A DNA stretch of 28,997 nt, from positions 1-28,997 of the IMG/VR virus record IMGVR_UViG_3300035392_000125; one strand, written 5' to 3'. Below, piece by piece: positions 8,938 through 17,471 of this stretch (the first letter of the stretch is position 1; every line of letters begins with the position of its first letter). This DNA is from a virus. Lineage: Duplodnaviria; Caudoviricetes. Both the position numbers and the translations under genes were made by a program. A model generated the notes under the pieces. It made no database searches and was not told the DNA's origin. It worked only from the letters and a program-made list of their open reading frames with translations.

Positions 8938-9728
8938 AATACTATCTCCGCTTCGGCGAGGCTGTCCTGAAAATAAGTAAAATCAACTGGCACGTCATAG
9001 GCTGAGAATGAGCCTGGTTCATACGCTATCTTGCCTAAATTATCCTGTTTACCCACTTCGATATAGAAACAAGACATCAGCTTTTTCCACGACCTAGTCA
9101 GCAAGCGCACACCTTCTGTAAAAGACTCATCATTAATACCGTCTTGGTTAGCGTCTGATTTAATCGCTTTTTGCAAAGACATGATGGATGACGGGGTTAA
9201 ATTGCCGTTGTTATCCTTCTCAATCAATGAAATCAGCAGGCTGGAAACATTGGGGTCAAGTTGTTGCGAGTTGATGTATTCTTCAATTTTAGCTAGTCCG
9301 ACTTTGGCGTCATGGCTAAAGGTATCTTTCGCGCGTCTGCCAACTCGCAAAATAAAGGGTTCGACATTAAACGTCAGGCTTTTTTGCGATTTGAGATTTC
9401 CAAAAACTTTTTTATCTTTGAACTCAACTAGATCAAACTTCAAATCCATCAAAACTTTTAGATCACTAAAAATTTCAGCTTTCAGTTCTTTACCTGCTTT
9501 CACCCATTCCAGATAAGCAATCGCGTGTTTTGGGATGATCTGGTTTTCAAGTTCGGTATAAGCCGCCTCTTTTTCAGCCATCAGTTGCGCCAAAGATTTT
9601 TCGTTTGTAGCGGCAACTTCTTTCAGCATAGTTGGGGGCAATTGTTCTAAAAACTCCAGCAATTCTTCAGGCGAAAAATCAGCCAAACGAAGCTGTTTTT
9701 TAGTGGGTAATGATTGTTCTTGTGTCAT
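8934..9728 (-). CDS. DUF3164 family protein
   Basis: AK..IEEY, D..GNL....IMSL and EG..L...S....YI pattern. The start at 9728 has SD AAGGA; the ORF track extends to 9815. Confidence 0.7.
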   Translation of the reverse strand: MTQEQSLPTKKQLRLADFSPEELLEFLEQLPPTMLKEVAATNEKSLAQLMAEKEAAYTELENQIIPKHAIAYLEWVKAGKELKAEIFSDLKVLMDLKFDLVEFKDKKVFGNLKSQKSLTFNVEPFILRVGRRAKDTFSHDAKVGLAKIEEYINSQQLDPNVSSLLISLIEKDNNGNLTPSSIMSLQKAIKSDANQDGINDESFTEGVRLLTRSWKKLMSCFYIEVGKQDNLGKIAYEPGSFSAYDVPVDFTYFQDSLAEAEIVL

Positions 9729-9815
9729 GATTGTTTCCTTTGGTGTTGAAATAAAATAAAGCCCAGGTAATTTTTTACGATTGCCGTGATGTCTGGGATG
9801 CTTTTTAAACCGCAT

Positions 9816-10202
9816 TTAATCTACCTTTAATCTTGCTGTAGGGAGCTGAGTTAAAAAAAAACCCATAGGACTGTCTTTGAATGCAGTCGGGATTGATTTT
9901 CTTAGCTTGCTGCCCGTAAAAGACGCATTAGAAATTGGTAAGCGCGATGTTGTTATGCTCAAAAATCTTGCAATAACACGCCCGCGTTCACGCCCAATTT
10001 TTGCTTGCTTGTCATGTGACGGAGCAGAGAGGTTATAAAAAAATCCGCTATAAAACTGATAACCTGTAGTCTCGCTAACACAAGAGGTTATTTGTTTTAT
10101 TGTCAACAGTGGTGCTTGTATTTGCAGTAATGCCGCGCATTTATTGCGAATTAAAACCATAGTTTGTTGAGCAGATAACTGACTTTTGTCTAAGCTAACC
10201 AT
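9816..10202 (-). CDS. Hypothetical early protein, possibly DNA-binding
   Basis: 128-aa basic ORF with GGAGG SD, in operon. Confidence 0.6.
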   Translation of the reverse strand: MVSLDKSQLSAQQTMVLIRNKCAALLQIQAPLLTIKQITSCVSETTGYQFYSGFFYNLSAPSHDKQAKIGRERGRVIARFLSITTSRLPISNASFTGSKLRKSIPTAFKDSPMGFFLTQLPTARLKVD

Positions 10203-10338
10203 TGTGATTCCTCCAAAGTTGAGTCGTGAATCCTAATTTGCGCATTTCGACTAACAACGAATACATAAGTGCCTTGGATCGTTGTGCGCGACGATAATAA
10301 AACTGACTATTACCTTTGCTTTTTCGGCTTTTTTTCAT
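10195..10338 (-). CDS. Hypothetical basic 47-aa protein (not in ORF track)
   Basis: MKKSRKSKGNSQFYYRRAQRSKAL...; AGGAGG SD at the end of gene B; overlaps the next start. Confidence 0.6.
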   Translation of the reverse strand: MKKSRKSKGNSQFYYRRAQRSKALMYSLLVEMRKLGFTTQLWRNHNG

Positions 10339-10342
10339 AGTT

Positions 10343-11335
10343 TTAACCTCCTTTTAATTCTTCAGGGGTTGGCTCAGGCACATTCATTTTTATGTCTCTG
10401 CCTGCCATTGATTCCTCGTTGACTTTTGCAATCAATGCCGTTGTAATCACTACGTTATCTTTAGCCGCCTTGCGCGATGTATTGCGGAGCAAATTGCGTA
10501 GCAACCGCCCTGAACCTTCCGAGGTTTGATAAAAAGCCTTTGCTATTTCAGTGCTAACCGACTGCCCCAAGTAACTTTCTACCATTAGTTTGCAATCGCG
10601 GTATTTGACTAACTTGATGGCTTTAGGATGAAAACCGATGCGGCTGTTAATTTTTCCCAGTCTACCCAGTGGGTCTTTTAACTTGACATGCAACTCATCA
10701 TTGCCCACCAATAACACGCCAATGCCGGCAATATCGGATAAGCGTCGAGCAAACTTGATGGAGGCAGTTGGCAGCTCATCCGCCTCATCAATAATCAGCG
10801 AGTATTCAGAGCGTTTGAAAAAATTTTGCAAATTCACTGCCGGATTGCCTTCATGCGAAATGCCAGTGAGACTGCATAATTCGAGCAAAAATGACTTATG
10901 GGTAATGTCGGCAAAGGCTTCCAGTAACACTACATTACTTTTAATTTTGGCAAAATGGCGCAAGCTAATGGTTTTTCCTACGCCCGGATTGCCAATGCAA
11001 ATGCCAATATCCTTGTCTAAATGAGTTCTTCGGCAAATTTGCTCAATGAATTTATAGATGCTTGTCTCAACAAAAGGGATTTCGCTTTTAATGGCTTTGC
11101 GATCCTCAGAATCTTGGATTGCAGCAATCATGCGTTGCAGGTACTCAGTCGGACTGCTGATGTACTTGCCGTTTAGGATTTGTGAGCCGGTTGCTGCATT
11201 AATGTCACCTGATTTACGAAACAAATCAGCATTTGTGCGATTGCTATCTGCTCTTAGCCAAGTCACAATAAAAGCGACTTTGGCTTGATCGTCTGTCGTG
11301 TAGGCAGCAGTAAAGTTTGTGTTTTCGTCGGGCAT
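10343..11335 (-). CDS. Transposition AAA+ ATPase (MuB-like)
   Basis: GNPGVGKT Walker A, LIIDEAD Walker B, LLVGN and SRIG; follows the transposase. Confidence 0.93.
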   Translation of the reverse strand: MPDENTNFTAAYTTDDQAKVAFIVTWLRADSNRTNADLFRKSGDINAATGSQILNGKYISSPTEYLQRMIAAIQDSEDRKAIKSEIPFVETSIYKFIEQICRRTHLDKDIGICIGNPGVGKTISLRHFAKIKSNVVLLEAFADITHKSFLLELCSLTGISHEGNPAVNLQNFFKRSEYSLIIDEADELPTASIKFARRLSDIAGIGVLLVGNDELHVKLKDPLGRLGKINSRIGFHPKAIKLVKYRDCKLMVESYLGQSVSTEIAKAFYQTSEGSGRLLRNLLRNTSRKAAKDNVVITTALIAKVNEESMAGRDIKMNVPEPTPEELKGG

Positions 11336-11374
11336 TGTTATAATCCTCTTAGGATATTTAAAAAAAATGGATGT

Positions 11375-13087
11375 TTACGGCATCCAGTCAAGGGCAGAGC
11401 TGTTATCAGCAGCTCTCTCATCTTCGAGTCCTAGGTCTAAGTAGGACTCATTAAAATCCTCATCATCTGCGATGAGGTCAAAATCGGTAGTTAAGTCTTG
11501 TAATGCGCTGGTGTTATCCTCCAGGGTTAAAATGGGTTTGCTGCGTTGTTTAAGTTCAGCAATGTCGTTTTCTTTACGTTTAATTTGTCCTGCCAAGCGT
11601 TTTTGTTCTGCTTGTACTAGCCGTGATTCTGGCATTCTGGCAATCTTGCTTACCAAGGGCGCAATGCAAATCAACTGTTCCTTTTCATTCAATACCCGCA
11701 CTTCTTGGTCATGGTGCAAACTGTACTCAACTAATACTTCTTCACCGTTGTATTGCGCCAGTGCCGCATGTTGATAGTGGCGGTTATCCAGGCGCACCCC
11801 AAATTTACGCACGGTGCGGATTTCTCTTGGTTGCACTAACGCATCCGCGTGAATATGCACAGGAACTTGTTTTAACCCCGCATTCCAAACTTGCAGCGGC
11901 GTTTTACCGTCTAAAACCGGTTTAGGTTCGTTGTTATAATCCTGAATAAACTGCCTTACGGATTGCGCATATTCAGTCAGTGACGGTAAAGAGCGTTTGC
12001 CTTTTTCCACCATTTCCGGCAGGCGGCGGTTAATTTCAGGAGCCATGTCATGCCCGCAATAGCTTTGAAATTTCTTGTCATGCCGGTTTCGGAAAATCTT
12101 AAAGAATCCCTCAACCAGCCCTTTGCCTTTTGAGTTACCCGGTAAGGAATAGCTGGGCGTAATGGATAGGCGACTATAAAAACCACTCACTTCGTCATTC
12201 ATCATCCGGGCTTTAAAACCTGAGCCGTTATCCAGAAACAAATAGGCCGGTACATGGTCATGGCTTAAAATGGCTTCTGACAGTGCATATAACGTGCTGA
12301 TTGCGCTTTCGTCATTGGTTAAATACCAACCTGTGACCAAGCGTGAACGCACATCAATCCACAGTGTCAGTTCGGGTCTATGCAGATTGCCAGTGGCAGG
12401 ATGTGCCACATAAGCGTCAACTGTATGACCGTCACCTTCATAGCCTTGTCCGACTTCCAAGACTTCGTTATCTCTGATTTTGTGCGGAGCCAGATTGTGT
12501 TTATAAAACTGTTTGCCCATTCTTTCAGGTGATTGCTTACCTAATGTCGCTGGCATGGTTTGTAAATACCGAGTCACGCGGTCTTTTGTTGCACTCTCAA
12601 AACCATGATCGGTACGCAACCAAAACGCGACATCGGCATAACCGGGCTTTTGTGGCGTGTTAAATAGCTCAATGGCTTTTTGTTCCCAGCCATAGACTGT
12701 GCGCTGTCTGCCTTTGTATTTTTTTGTTAAAGCTTCTGAATTGCCGTTTTGGTAGCTTTCCAGTTCTTCAAACCAGCGAAACAACGTGGCGCGGTTTGGG
12801 CACTTACCCGCTTTTTTCCCCTGCACTAATGCCAATGCGCTTAAGATTTCGCGCGGTACAGAACTTGTTTGATACGTTGTTTCAAAGGCTTTAATCCGTT
12901 GAGTTAGGCTGTCTTTTTCAACCGGCAAGCGCAATACAAAATCCAGCACGGTTTGAAACGCAGCCATTTGTTTGCGTTGCTCAGGGGTCATCTTGTCCTG
13001 AATATGCCGCGTGACAATTAACGCTTTTCGCGCTCTGGTCGTGGGCAAAACAGCGGCTTGAGCTTGTGTCGCTAAGGCTGGCATCAT
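11375..13087 (-). CDS. DDE transposase (MuA-like)
   Basis: EGDGH, LFLDNGSGF and KGLVEGFF catalytic triad; Mu-type C-terminal beta domain. Confidence 0.95.
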   Translation of the reverse strand: MMPALATQAQAAVLPTTRARKALIVTRHIQDKMTPEQRKQMAAFQTVLDFVLRLPVEKDSLTQRIKAFETTYQTSSVPREILSALALVQGKKAGKCPNRATLFRWFEELESYQNGNSEALTKKYKGRQRTVYGWEQKAIELFNTPQKPGYADVAFWLRTDHGFESATKDRVTRYLQTMPATLGKQSPERMGKQFYKHNLAPHKIRDNEVLEVGQGYEGDGHTVDAYVAHPATGNLHRPELTLWIDVRSRLVTGWYLTNDESAISTLYALSEAILSHDHVPAYLFLDNGSGFKARMMNDEVSGFYSRLSITPSYSLPGNSKGKGLVEGFFKIFRNRHDKKFQSYCGHDMAPEINRRLPEMVEKGKRSLPSLTEYAQSVRQFIQDYNNEPKPVLDGKTPLQVWNAGLKQVPVHIHADALVQPREIRTVRKFGVRLDNRHYQHAALAQYNGEEVLVEYSLHHDQEVRVLNEKEQLICIAPLVSKIARMPESRLVQAEQKRLAGQIKRKENDIAELKQRSKPILTLEDNTSALQDLTTDFDLIADDEDFNESYLDLGLEDERAADNSSALDWMP

Positions 13088-14154
13088 TTTTTACCCTTAT
13101 TAAGTTTTTTGATGTCCCGTTGCAGATTTTCAGCAATTTTCTTGTCAGTGCCGTTCAGGGCATGTTTCAAGCTGCTTTCCAGAGCGCGGTCAAAGGCTTG
13201 TTGGTTTTTTATCGCTTCGGTCATCGCAAACAACTCGTCTTCGTGTAGTTCTTCAAGGCGTGGCATCGACATCGGCAGCAAGGGATTTACATTCCAAAGC
13301 TCCCGATACAGCCGCCCGATTTCCATTGCAGAACCCGCTACATAATCCGCTTGATGAATGGCTAAATAGCCCATCATTTGCTTGGCATCTTCGACATGCT
13401 CCGCTTGAAAGTGCTTCACGGTTTCAAACATCTTTCTCAGGCGTTGCAACGCGGCGTTCACCATTTCGGTATCTTGCAAAATCTGTTTTCTGAACACTTC
13501 CATGTGGATATGCTCCTTCGGGATTTCTTTCAGCTCTTGCAGTTGCTGACGGGCAATAAACAGCTGGTTTGATTCACGGCTGGCTTTCGCTTCCAACTTT
13601 TCAATTTCTTTCTGCTGCTTGATGACCGTGCGTAAATCCGACAGCGACATTTTTTCCAGTTCGTCAAAAAAATCAGTCTGTATCCAATGCCGTACCCGCT
13701 CTGGGGTTTCTTGCGCTAAAACCAGTTGTTTACGCAACGGTAATTTGATGATTTTGGCTAATACCGCATCTATTTCTTGCTGTTCTTCTAAGTCAGGGTC
13801 TAAATGTGGGTTTTCCAAAACGGGAACGCGTTCCCGTTTTGAATCAAAACTCGCTAGAAATGTTGCAACCTGCATATTTTTTCTAGCTGTGCTGTCATTA
13901 ATTCCTACAGATTTCAACCATGCGGTAAATTCGCCATGCTCAAGTTGCTGCTTAATCACCACCAACGCATAACCGAGCTTTAAACCCGCTTTAATGTGGT
14001 TTTCATACTCGTTTAAAGCCCATTGCTGTTGTTCAACTAAGGTGCTGGGCAGGTCAATATCAATCCGTTGCCCAGCGGTCAGTAGGCGTTCTACTATTGC
14101 CTTGGTTTCGGCGTGCGGGTCTTGTTCCGGTTGAGTTGTGAGTTGTTTTGCCAT
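13084..14154 (-). CDS. DUF3102 domain protein with coiled-coil C-terminus
   Basis: G.AL..IK..LEHGEF.AWL...GI...TA...MQVA signature; overlaps the transposase start. Confidence 0.8.
   Translation of the reverse strand: MAKQLTTQPEQDPHAETKAIVERLLTAGQRIDIDLPSTLVEQQQWALNEYENHIKAGLKLGYALVVIKQQLEHGEFTAWLKSVGINDSTARKNMQVATFLASFDSKRERVPVLENPHLDPDLEEQQEIDAVLAKIIKLPLRKQLVLAQETPERVRHWIQTDFFDELEKMSLSDLRTVIKQQKEIEKLEAKASRESNQLFIARQQLQELKEIPKEHIHMEVFRKQILQDTEMVNAALQRLRKMFETVKHFQAEHVEDAKQMMGYLAIHQADYVAGSAMEIGRLYRELWNVNPLLPMSMPRLEELHEDELFAMTEAIKNQQAFDRALESSLKHALNGTDKKIAENLQRDIKKLNKGKK
13816..13841. repeat. Perfect 26-bp palindrome within the DUF3102 coding sequence
   Basis: CAAAACGGGAACGCGTTCCCGTTTTG equals its own reverse complement. 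Confidence 0.95.
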
Positions 14155-14220
14155 GTTTTGTGATTCCCTTGTCTGAAGCAGGCTAATAGATAACCCGATT
14201 CAGACATCAATTAAATCGAC

Positions 14221-14688
14221 TTAGTCGTCCAATGCCAATGCGGCTTTAGCAGTAGCTTTCAGGATAATTCCACCGATGTACGCATCCGTTTCACGCTGTA
14301 GAAGGGCAATAACTTTTTTGTCATAGATGTAACCAGTCATTTCGCCCGTTACGGTGTCGTAAGGAATAGCAAACACAGAGAGACCAGTATTTTTGGACTT
14401 ATCAACATAAAAAATGCCAATAAAATCACTGCCAGAATCCAGCGACTGAGGAAAATCCAATGCCATAACAACGGTTTGATTTTTAATGGCAAAATCAGCA
14501 AATGTTCTAAAACACTCTTTGCATCCCAGTCCGACCAACAAGGCAAAACTGGCTTCGTGCGCCGCATTTTCAGCTAGCAGTGGAAATGGGTATAGCCCCA
14601 TTGAATCACTGTTTTCGATATATTCAATTTTGATAAATTTTTCAATAAACTCAGTGACCCACGCGGGTGTCGGTTGTTGCTCATTCAT
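14221..14688 (-). CDS. Hypothetical protein
   Basis: 155-aa ORF in the early operon with ATGA overlap upstream. Confidence 0.7.
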   Translation of the reverse strand: MNEQQPTPAWVTEFIEKFIKIEYIENSDSMGLYPFPLLAENAAHEASFALLVGLGCKECFRTFADFAIKNQTVVMALDFPQSLDSGSDFIGIFYVDKSKNTGLSVFAIPYDTVTGEMTGYIYDKKVIALLQRETDAYIGGIILKATAKAALALDD

Positions 14689-14798
14689 AACGCACCTGCT
14701 AATTTTTCCAAGGGTGAGGGTTTGGCATTGGGTACGGCAAAAACGGTACTCATCAGCGAACGCTTAAAACAAAACAAGGTCTTGATTAGTTTGCGCAT
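14685..14798 (-). CDS. Hypothetical 37-aa protein (not in ORF track)
   Basis: MRKLIKTLFCFKRSL...LAGAL*; overlaps both neighbours; GAGG SD. Confidence 0.5.
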   Translation of the reverse strand: MRKLIKTLFCFKRSLMSTVFAVPNAKPSPLEKLAGAL

Positions 14799-15139
14799 TT
14801 TGCACCTCGTGGCCAGATAGTAATTTCTAAGTAATAGCGGTCTAAGTGCCGATTAACTTGTTGCCAGTACACTTGCTTGCTGATTTCATGGTTGAAAAAA
14901 TCCTGCCAGTGATCGGGGTCTACTAACACAGTTATTTGCTCCTCAGAGACTGCGTAAACGGTTGGATTTCCCAATGCGCCACACACTTTTTTTGCGAGTC
15001 CGCACGGAAAAGGCTTAACACGCCCTTTAATCGCTTGTGGGTTTAAGGTTTCGTGCAGGTTTTTTTTCCAGTCATCTACAGTTAAGCCATGACTGACTAG
15101 AAAAATAACTAGCGATTGCGCTTGTTTGAGTGTCATCAT
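14786..15139 (-). CDS. Hypothetical protein
   Basis: 117-aa ORF overlapping the upstream stop. Confidence 0.65.
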   Translation of the reverse strand: MMTLKQAQSLVIFLVSHGLTVDDWKKNLHETLNPQAIKGRVKPFPCGLAKKVCGALGNPTVYAVSEEQITVLVDPDHWQDFFNHEISKQVYWQQVNRHLDRYYLEITIWPRGAKCAN

Positions 15140-16185
15140 GATATTTTCCTGATAATGTCAGTGGGATTAAATCCGGCGGCAATACAGCATTCCAGTGGAT
15201 TAGAAGGGTCGTTTGCAGTACGCAGAATGCGCTGGAACAGTTCTAATGCTGTTAAAGTACCGCCGGCATTCGTCAGTTCATCCAAAATAAATCGCTGTAG
15301 TTGCGCCTGTATTAACACTGAGGTGGACAGCTTAATATCATTGGGTGTGGACGGAATTACTGGCGGATATACACCAGAGGGGATAAGCGATAAGCTCTTG
15401 AACGGAAAAAACCATAAATCAACATTGTGCGCATACCCGTCCGCAAACTCAATCTCGAGCAGTGTTTCAGGTGTGATAGGGTAAGCCGCATAATTGCTGG
15501 GTAATATGGGTGACTCCATACTGTCCGCGTTGTGAAGCGCATAAACAATACCGATTTGTCCGTTCGGGACTAAGACAGATTTGCCTATGATGTCCGACAA
15601 CATTAGTGGATGATATAACGCATTGCGCGGAAAGTAACTTTGTCTGCCATCGGGAAAAGACAGCAGATACTGATGTACAGGTGGCGCATAATCGCGTTGC
15701 AAGATGGTAGCAAGCTGACCGTTGCGCTCAGTGCTGAAAGAAGCCGAAATTTGCACTATATGTCCTTTTTCAAGCAGCATTGGTTGTGCTACAATGGCTT
15801 CGCTTGATTTATTCAAATTTTCAGTATTAGGTGTTACGGAAGTTCCCGCTTCCGCTAACGCCGCCTGTTCCCCTTCTTTGATAGCGTCTGCTGGTGGATT
15901 GCCAATTAAGTAAGCATCGGCACAAACCTCTTCAAGCTTGTTATGGGTGATATACATACCCTCTGTAAGCTCATGTAGCTCAAGAGCTTGAAATGCAACA
16001 TCTTCGCTGACGCTTTCCATTGATTCGATAAGGACTGTACTGACTTCGTGCAGCAGGTCTTTAGCAACTAAAGATGTATAAGTTCTTTGGCTAAATGAGT
16101 TTTGAATTGCAATGGGCATAATTCCAGAATTGGAATTTATATGCTCCATAACGGCGGTTTGCCGTGCGGTTAATTTTAAGCTCAT
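15136..16185 (-). CDS. Hypothetical multidomain early protein (HTH-like N-terminus, SH3/KOW-like modules)
   Basis: 349 aa with AAGGAG SD; coupled to the ner-like gene. Confidence 0.7.
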   Translation of the reverse strand: MSLKLTARQTAVMEHINSNSGIMPIAIQNSFSQRTYTSLVAKDLLHEVSTVLIESMESVSEDVAFQALELHELTEGMYITHNKLEEVCADAYLIGNPPADAIKEGEQAALAEAGTSVTPNTENLNKSSEAIVAQPMLLEKGHIVQISASFSTERNGQLATILQRDYAPPVHQYLLSFPDGRQSYFPRNALYHPLMLSDIIGKSVLVPNGQIGIVYALHNADSMESPILPSNYAAYPITPETLLEIEFADGYAHNVDLWFFPFKSLSLIPSGVYPPVIPSTPNDIKLSTSVLIQAQLQRFILDELTNAGGTLTALELFQRILRTANDPSNPLECCIAAGFNPTDIIRKIS

Positions 16186-16388
16186 GATAATTCTCCTTTG
16201 ACTAAGCCGAGTTTCTCGGCGATTTCGTAACGAGTCCCAAACTTGGGTTCGTCACCGCGTGTGGCAGCGTAAACCTGCCACTTGGTATACCCTTCTTTTT
16301 TTCCCCACTCTTCGAGCGAGATTTTTAACTTGCGCCTCATACGGTCAACTCGTTGTCGATAGCTGAGAGGTTTTGCGTGTCTACTCAT
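16182..16388 (-). CDS. Ner/Nlp-like DNA-binding protein (lytic regulator)
   Basis: 68 aa, ISLEEW....GY...QVY...RG....G....IAEKLGL; divergent from the repressor. Confidence 0.8.
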   Translation of the reverse strand: MSRHAKPLSYRQRVDRMRRKLKISLEEWGKKEGYTKWQVYAATRGDEPKFGTRYEIAEKLGLVKGELS

Positions 16389-16423
16389 AGTTTTTTTCCA
16401 AAATTAGGTCTATATTTACTATT

Positions 16424-16488
16424 ACGTTAGTCGCTAGTAGCGGCTAACGTTGAGCAAAGTATAGTCAACGTTCGTTGACTATGTCAAC
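16424..16488 (-). promoter_or_regulatory. Early promoter with overlapping operators
   Basis: Minus-strand TTGACA (16487-16482), 18 nt, TATACT (16463-16458). Inverted repeats ATAGTCAACG-TT-CGTTGACTAT, GTTGAC-TAT-GTCAAC and 16424-16450. Confidence 0.75.
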
Positions 16489-16515
16489 AAATGTTTTCTT
16501 TTTTGGAGAGATATT

Positions 16516-16860
16516 ATGAGTTTTGGTCAACGATTGGCTGAAGAACGTAAAAGGATTGAGCTTAATCAAACAGATTTCGCTAGGATTGGCGGGGTTACAA
16601 AGACTTCTCAGGTTAATTATGAGGCAAGTGAAAGGTCTCCAAATGTTGACTATTGGCAAGCAATAGCGGCAATCGGTGCGGACGTAAATTACATTTTGAC
16701 CGGCAAACGCAGCGCGCAAGATAGAAAAATAAAGGCCTTGGCTGATTTGATGGATAGTTTAAGTCCAGAGCAACGGCAAGAGATTTTGTCTGGCATTGCG
16801 GAAAAGAAACGCCTGAATGAATTGGAAATCGCAGTAAATCAATTGCGAAAGGCGGGCTAA
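16516..16860 (+). CDS. Prophage repressor, XRE-family HTH
   Basis: FGQRLAEERKRIELNQTDFA..GGV.K.SQ.NYE...RSP; GGAG SD; no S24 peptidase domain. Confidence 0.9.
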   Translation: MSFGQRLAEERKRIELNQTDFARIGGVTKTSQVNYEASERSPNVDYWQAIAAIGADVNYILTGKRSAQDRKIKALADLMDSLSPEQRQEILSGIAEKKRLNELEIAVNQLRKAG

Positions 16861-16869
16861 GGACAGCCA

Positions 16870-16913
16870 CATAATTTTTTATCCAATATCAAAGTATTGG
16901 ATAAAAAATTATG
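16870..16913. repeat. Perfect inverted repeat with 19-bp arms and 6-nt loop
   Basis: CATAATTTTTTATCCAATA-TCAAAG-TATTGGATAAAAAATTATG. Confidence 0.9.
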
Positions 16914-16927
16914 AATAGGTGAATTAG

Positions 16928-17104
16928 ATGGAAATTGAAATCAATAAGTTAGAGCTATTTATGACAACGAATGATTTATTGATGCGCTGTTTGGAGTTGC
17001 TTGATCAAGTGCCGGATTTAACCAGCTCAGAACGCGCAGAAGTTGAAAAAATGCAAATGATAGCTGCACAGATTTTGGACATTGAACCATTAAATAAAAA
17101 ATAG
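16928..17104 (+). CDS. Hypothetical acidic 58-aa protein (not in ORF track)
   Basis: MEIEINKLELFMTTNDLLMRCLELL...EPLNKK*; AGGTG SD. Confidence 0.6.
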   Translation: MEIEINKLELFMTTNDLLMRCLELLDQVPDLTSSERAEVEKMQMIAAQILDIEPLNKK

Positions 17105-17187
17105 TTGTATATACAAAACGGACAGAGGGCGGTCGGCAAATAATGAAAACTATTGAGGTATTCGATAAGCGATCATGAGGCATAAAA

Positions 17188-17220
17188 AAACCTGACAGGT
17201 TTTAAAAACCTGTCAGGTTT
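17188..17220. repeat. Nested palindrome, REP-like element or bidirectional terminator
   Basis: AAACCTGACAGGTTTT-A-AAAACCTGTCAGGTTT; lies between convergent ORFs. Confidence 0.8.
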
Positions 17221-17240
17221 AGATTGAAACAGGAGGATTT

Positions 17241-17441
17241 TTAAAGCCTAATATTGTTAGCTCGAGCAAACTCCTCAAGGCGGCTTTCTTCATACGCATT
17301 GGTCATCTCATGCAGAAACTTAAAGCTTTTGAAAACATCCTCAGCCGCATCTATCGGCTGTTTATCGACAAGTAATCTGCCAAGCGCAGAAAACATAATT
17401 TTACGGTTTAGTTTTTTGGATTTAGAACAAGAACATTTCAT
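17241..17441 (-). CDS. Hypothetical 66-aa protein
   Basis: AGGA upstream; helical composition; divergent from the DUF2158 gene. Confidence 0.5.
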   Translation of the reverse strand: MKCSCSKSKKLNRKIMFSALGRLLVDKQPIDAAEDVFKSFKFLHEMTNAYEESRLEEFARANNIRL

Positions 17442-17471
17442 CGGTATATTCCTAAAATTGAGAGGTTAAAA

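Noticed and set aside
9729-9815. N-terminal extension of the DUF3164 ORF
   Set aside because: A better SD precedes ATG 9728. The extension is possible but unsupported.
11375-13087. IS21/Tn7/CAST-type element
   Set aside because: The transposase-ATPase pair is embedded in a full phage gene set, with no tniQ or cas genes.
16870-17220. Palindromes as a CRISPR mini-array or attC sites
   Set aside because: They are unrelated to each other, with no repeat-spacer periodicity, cas gene or integrase.
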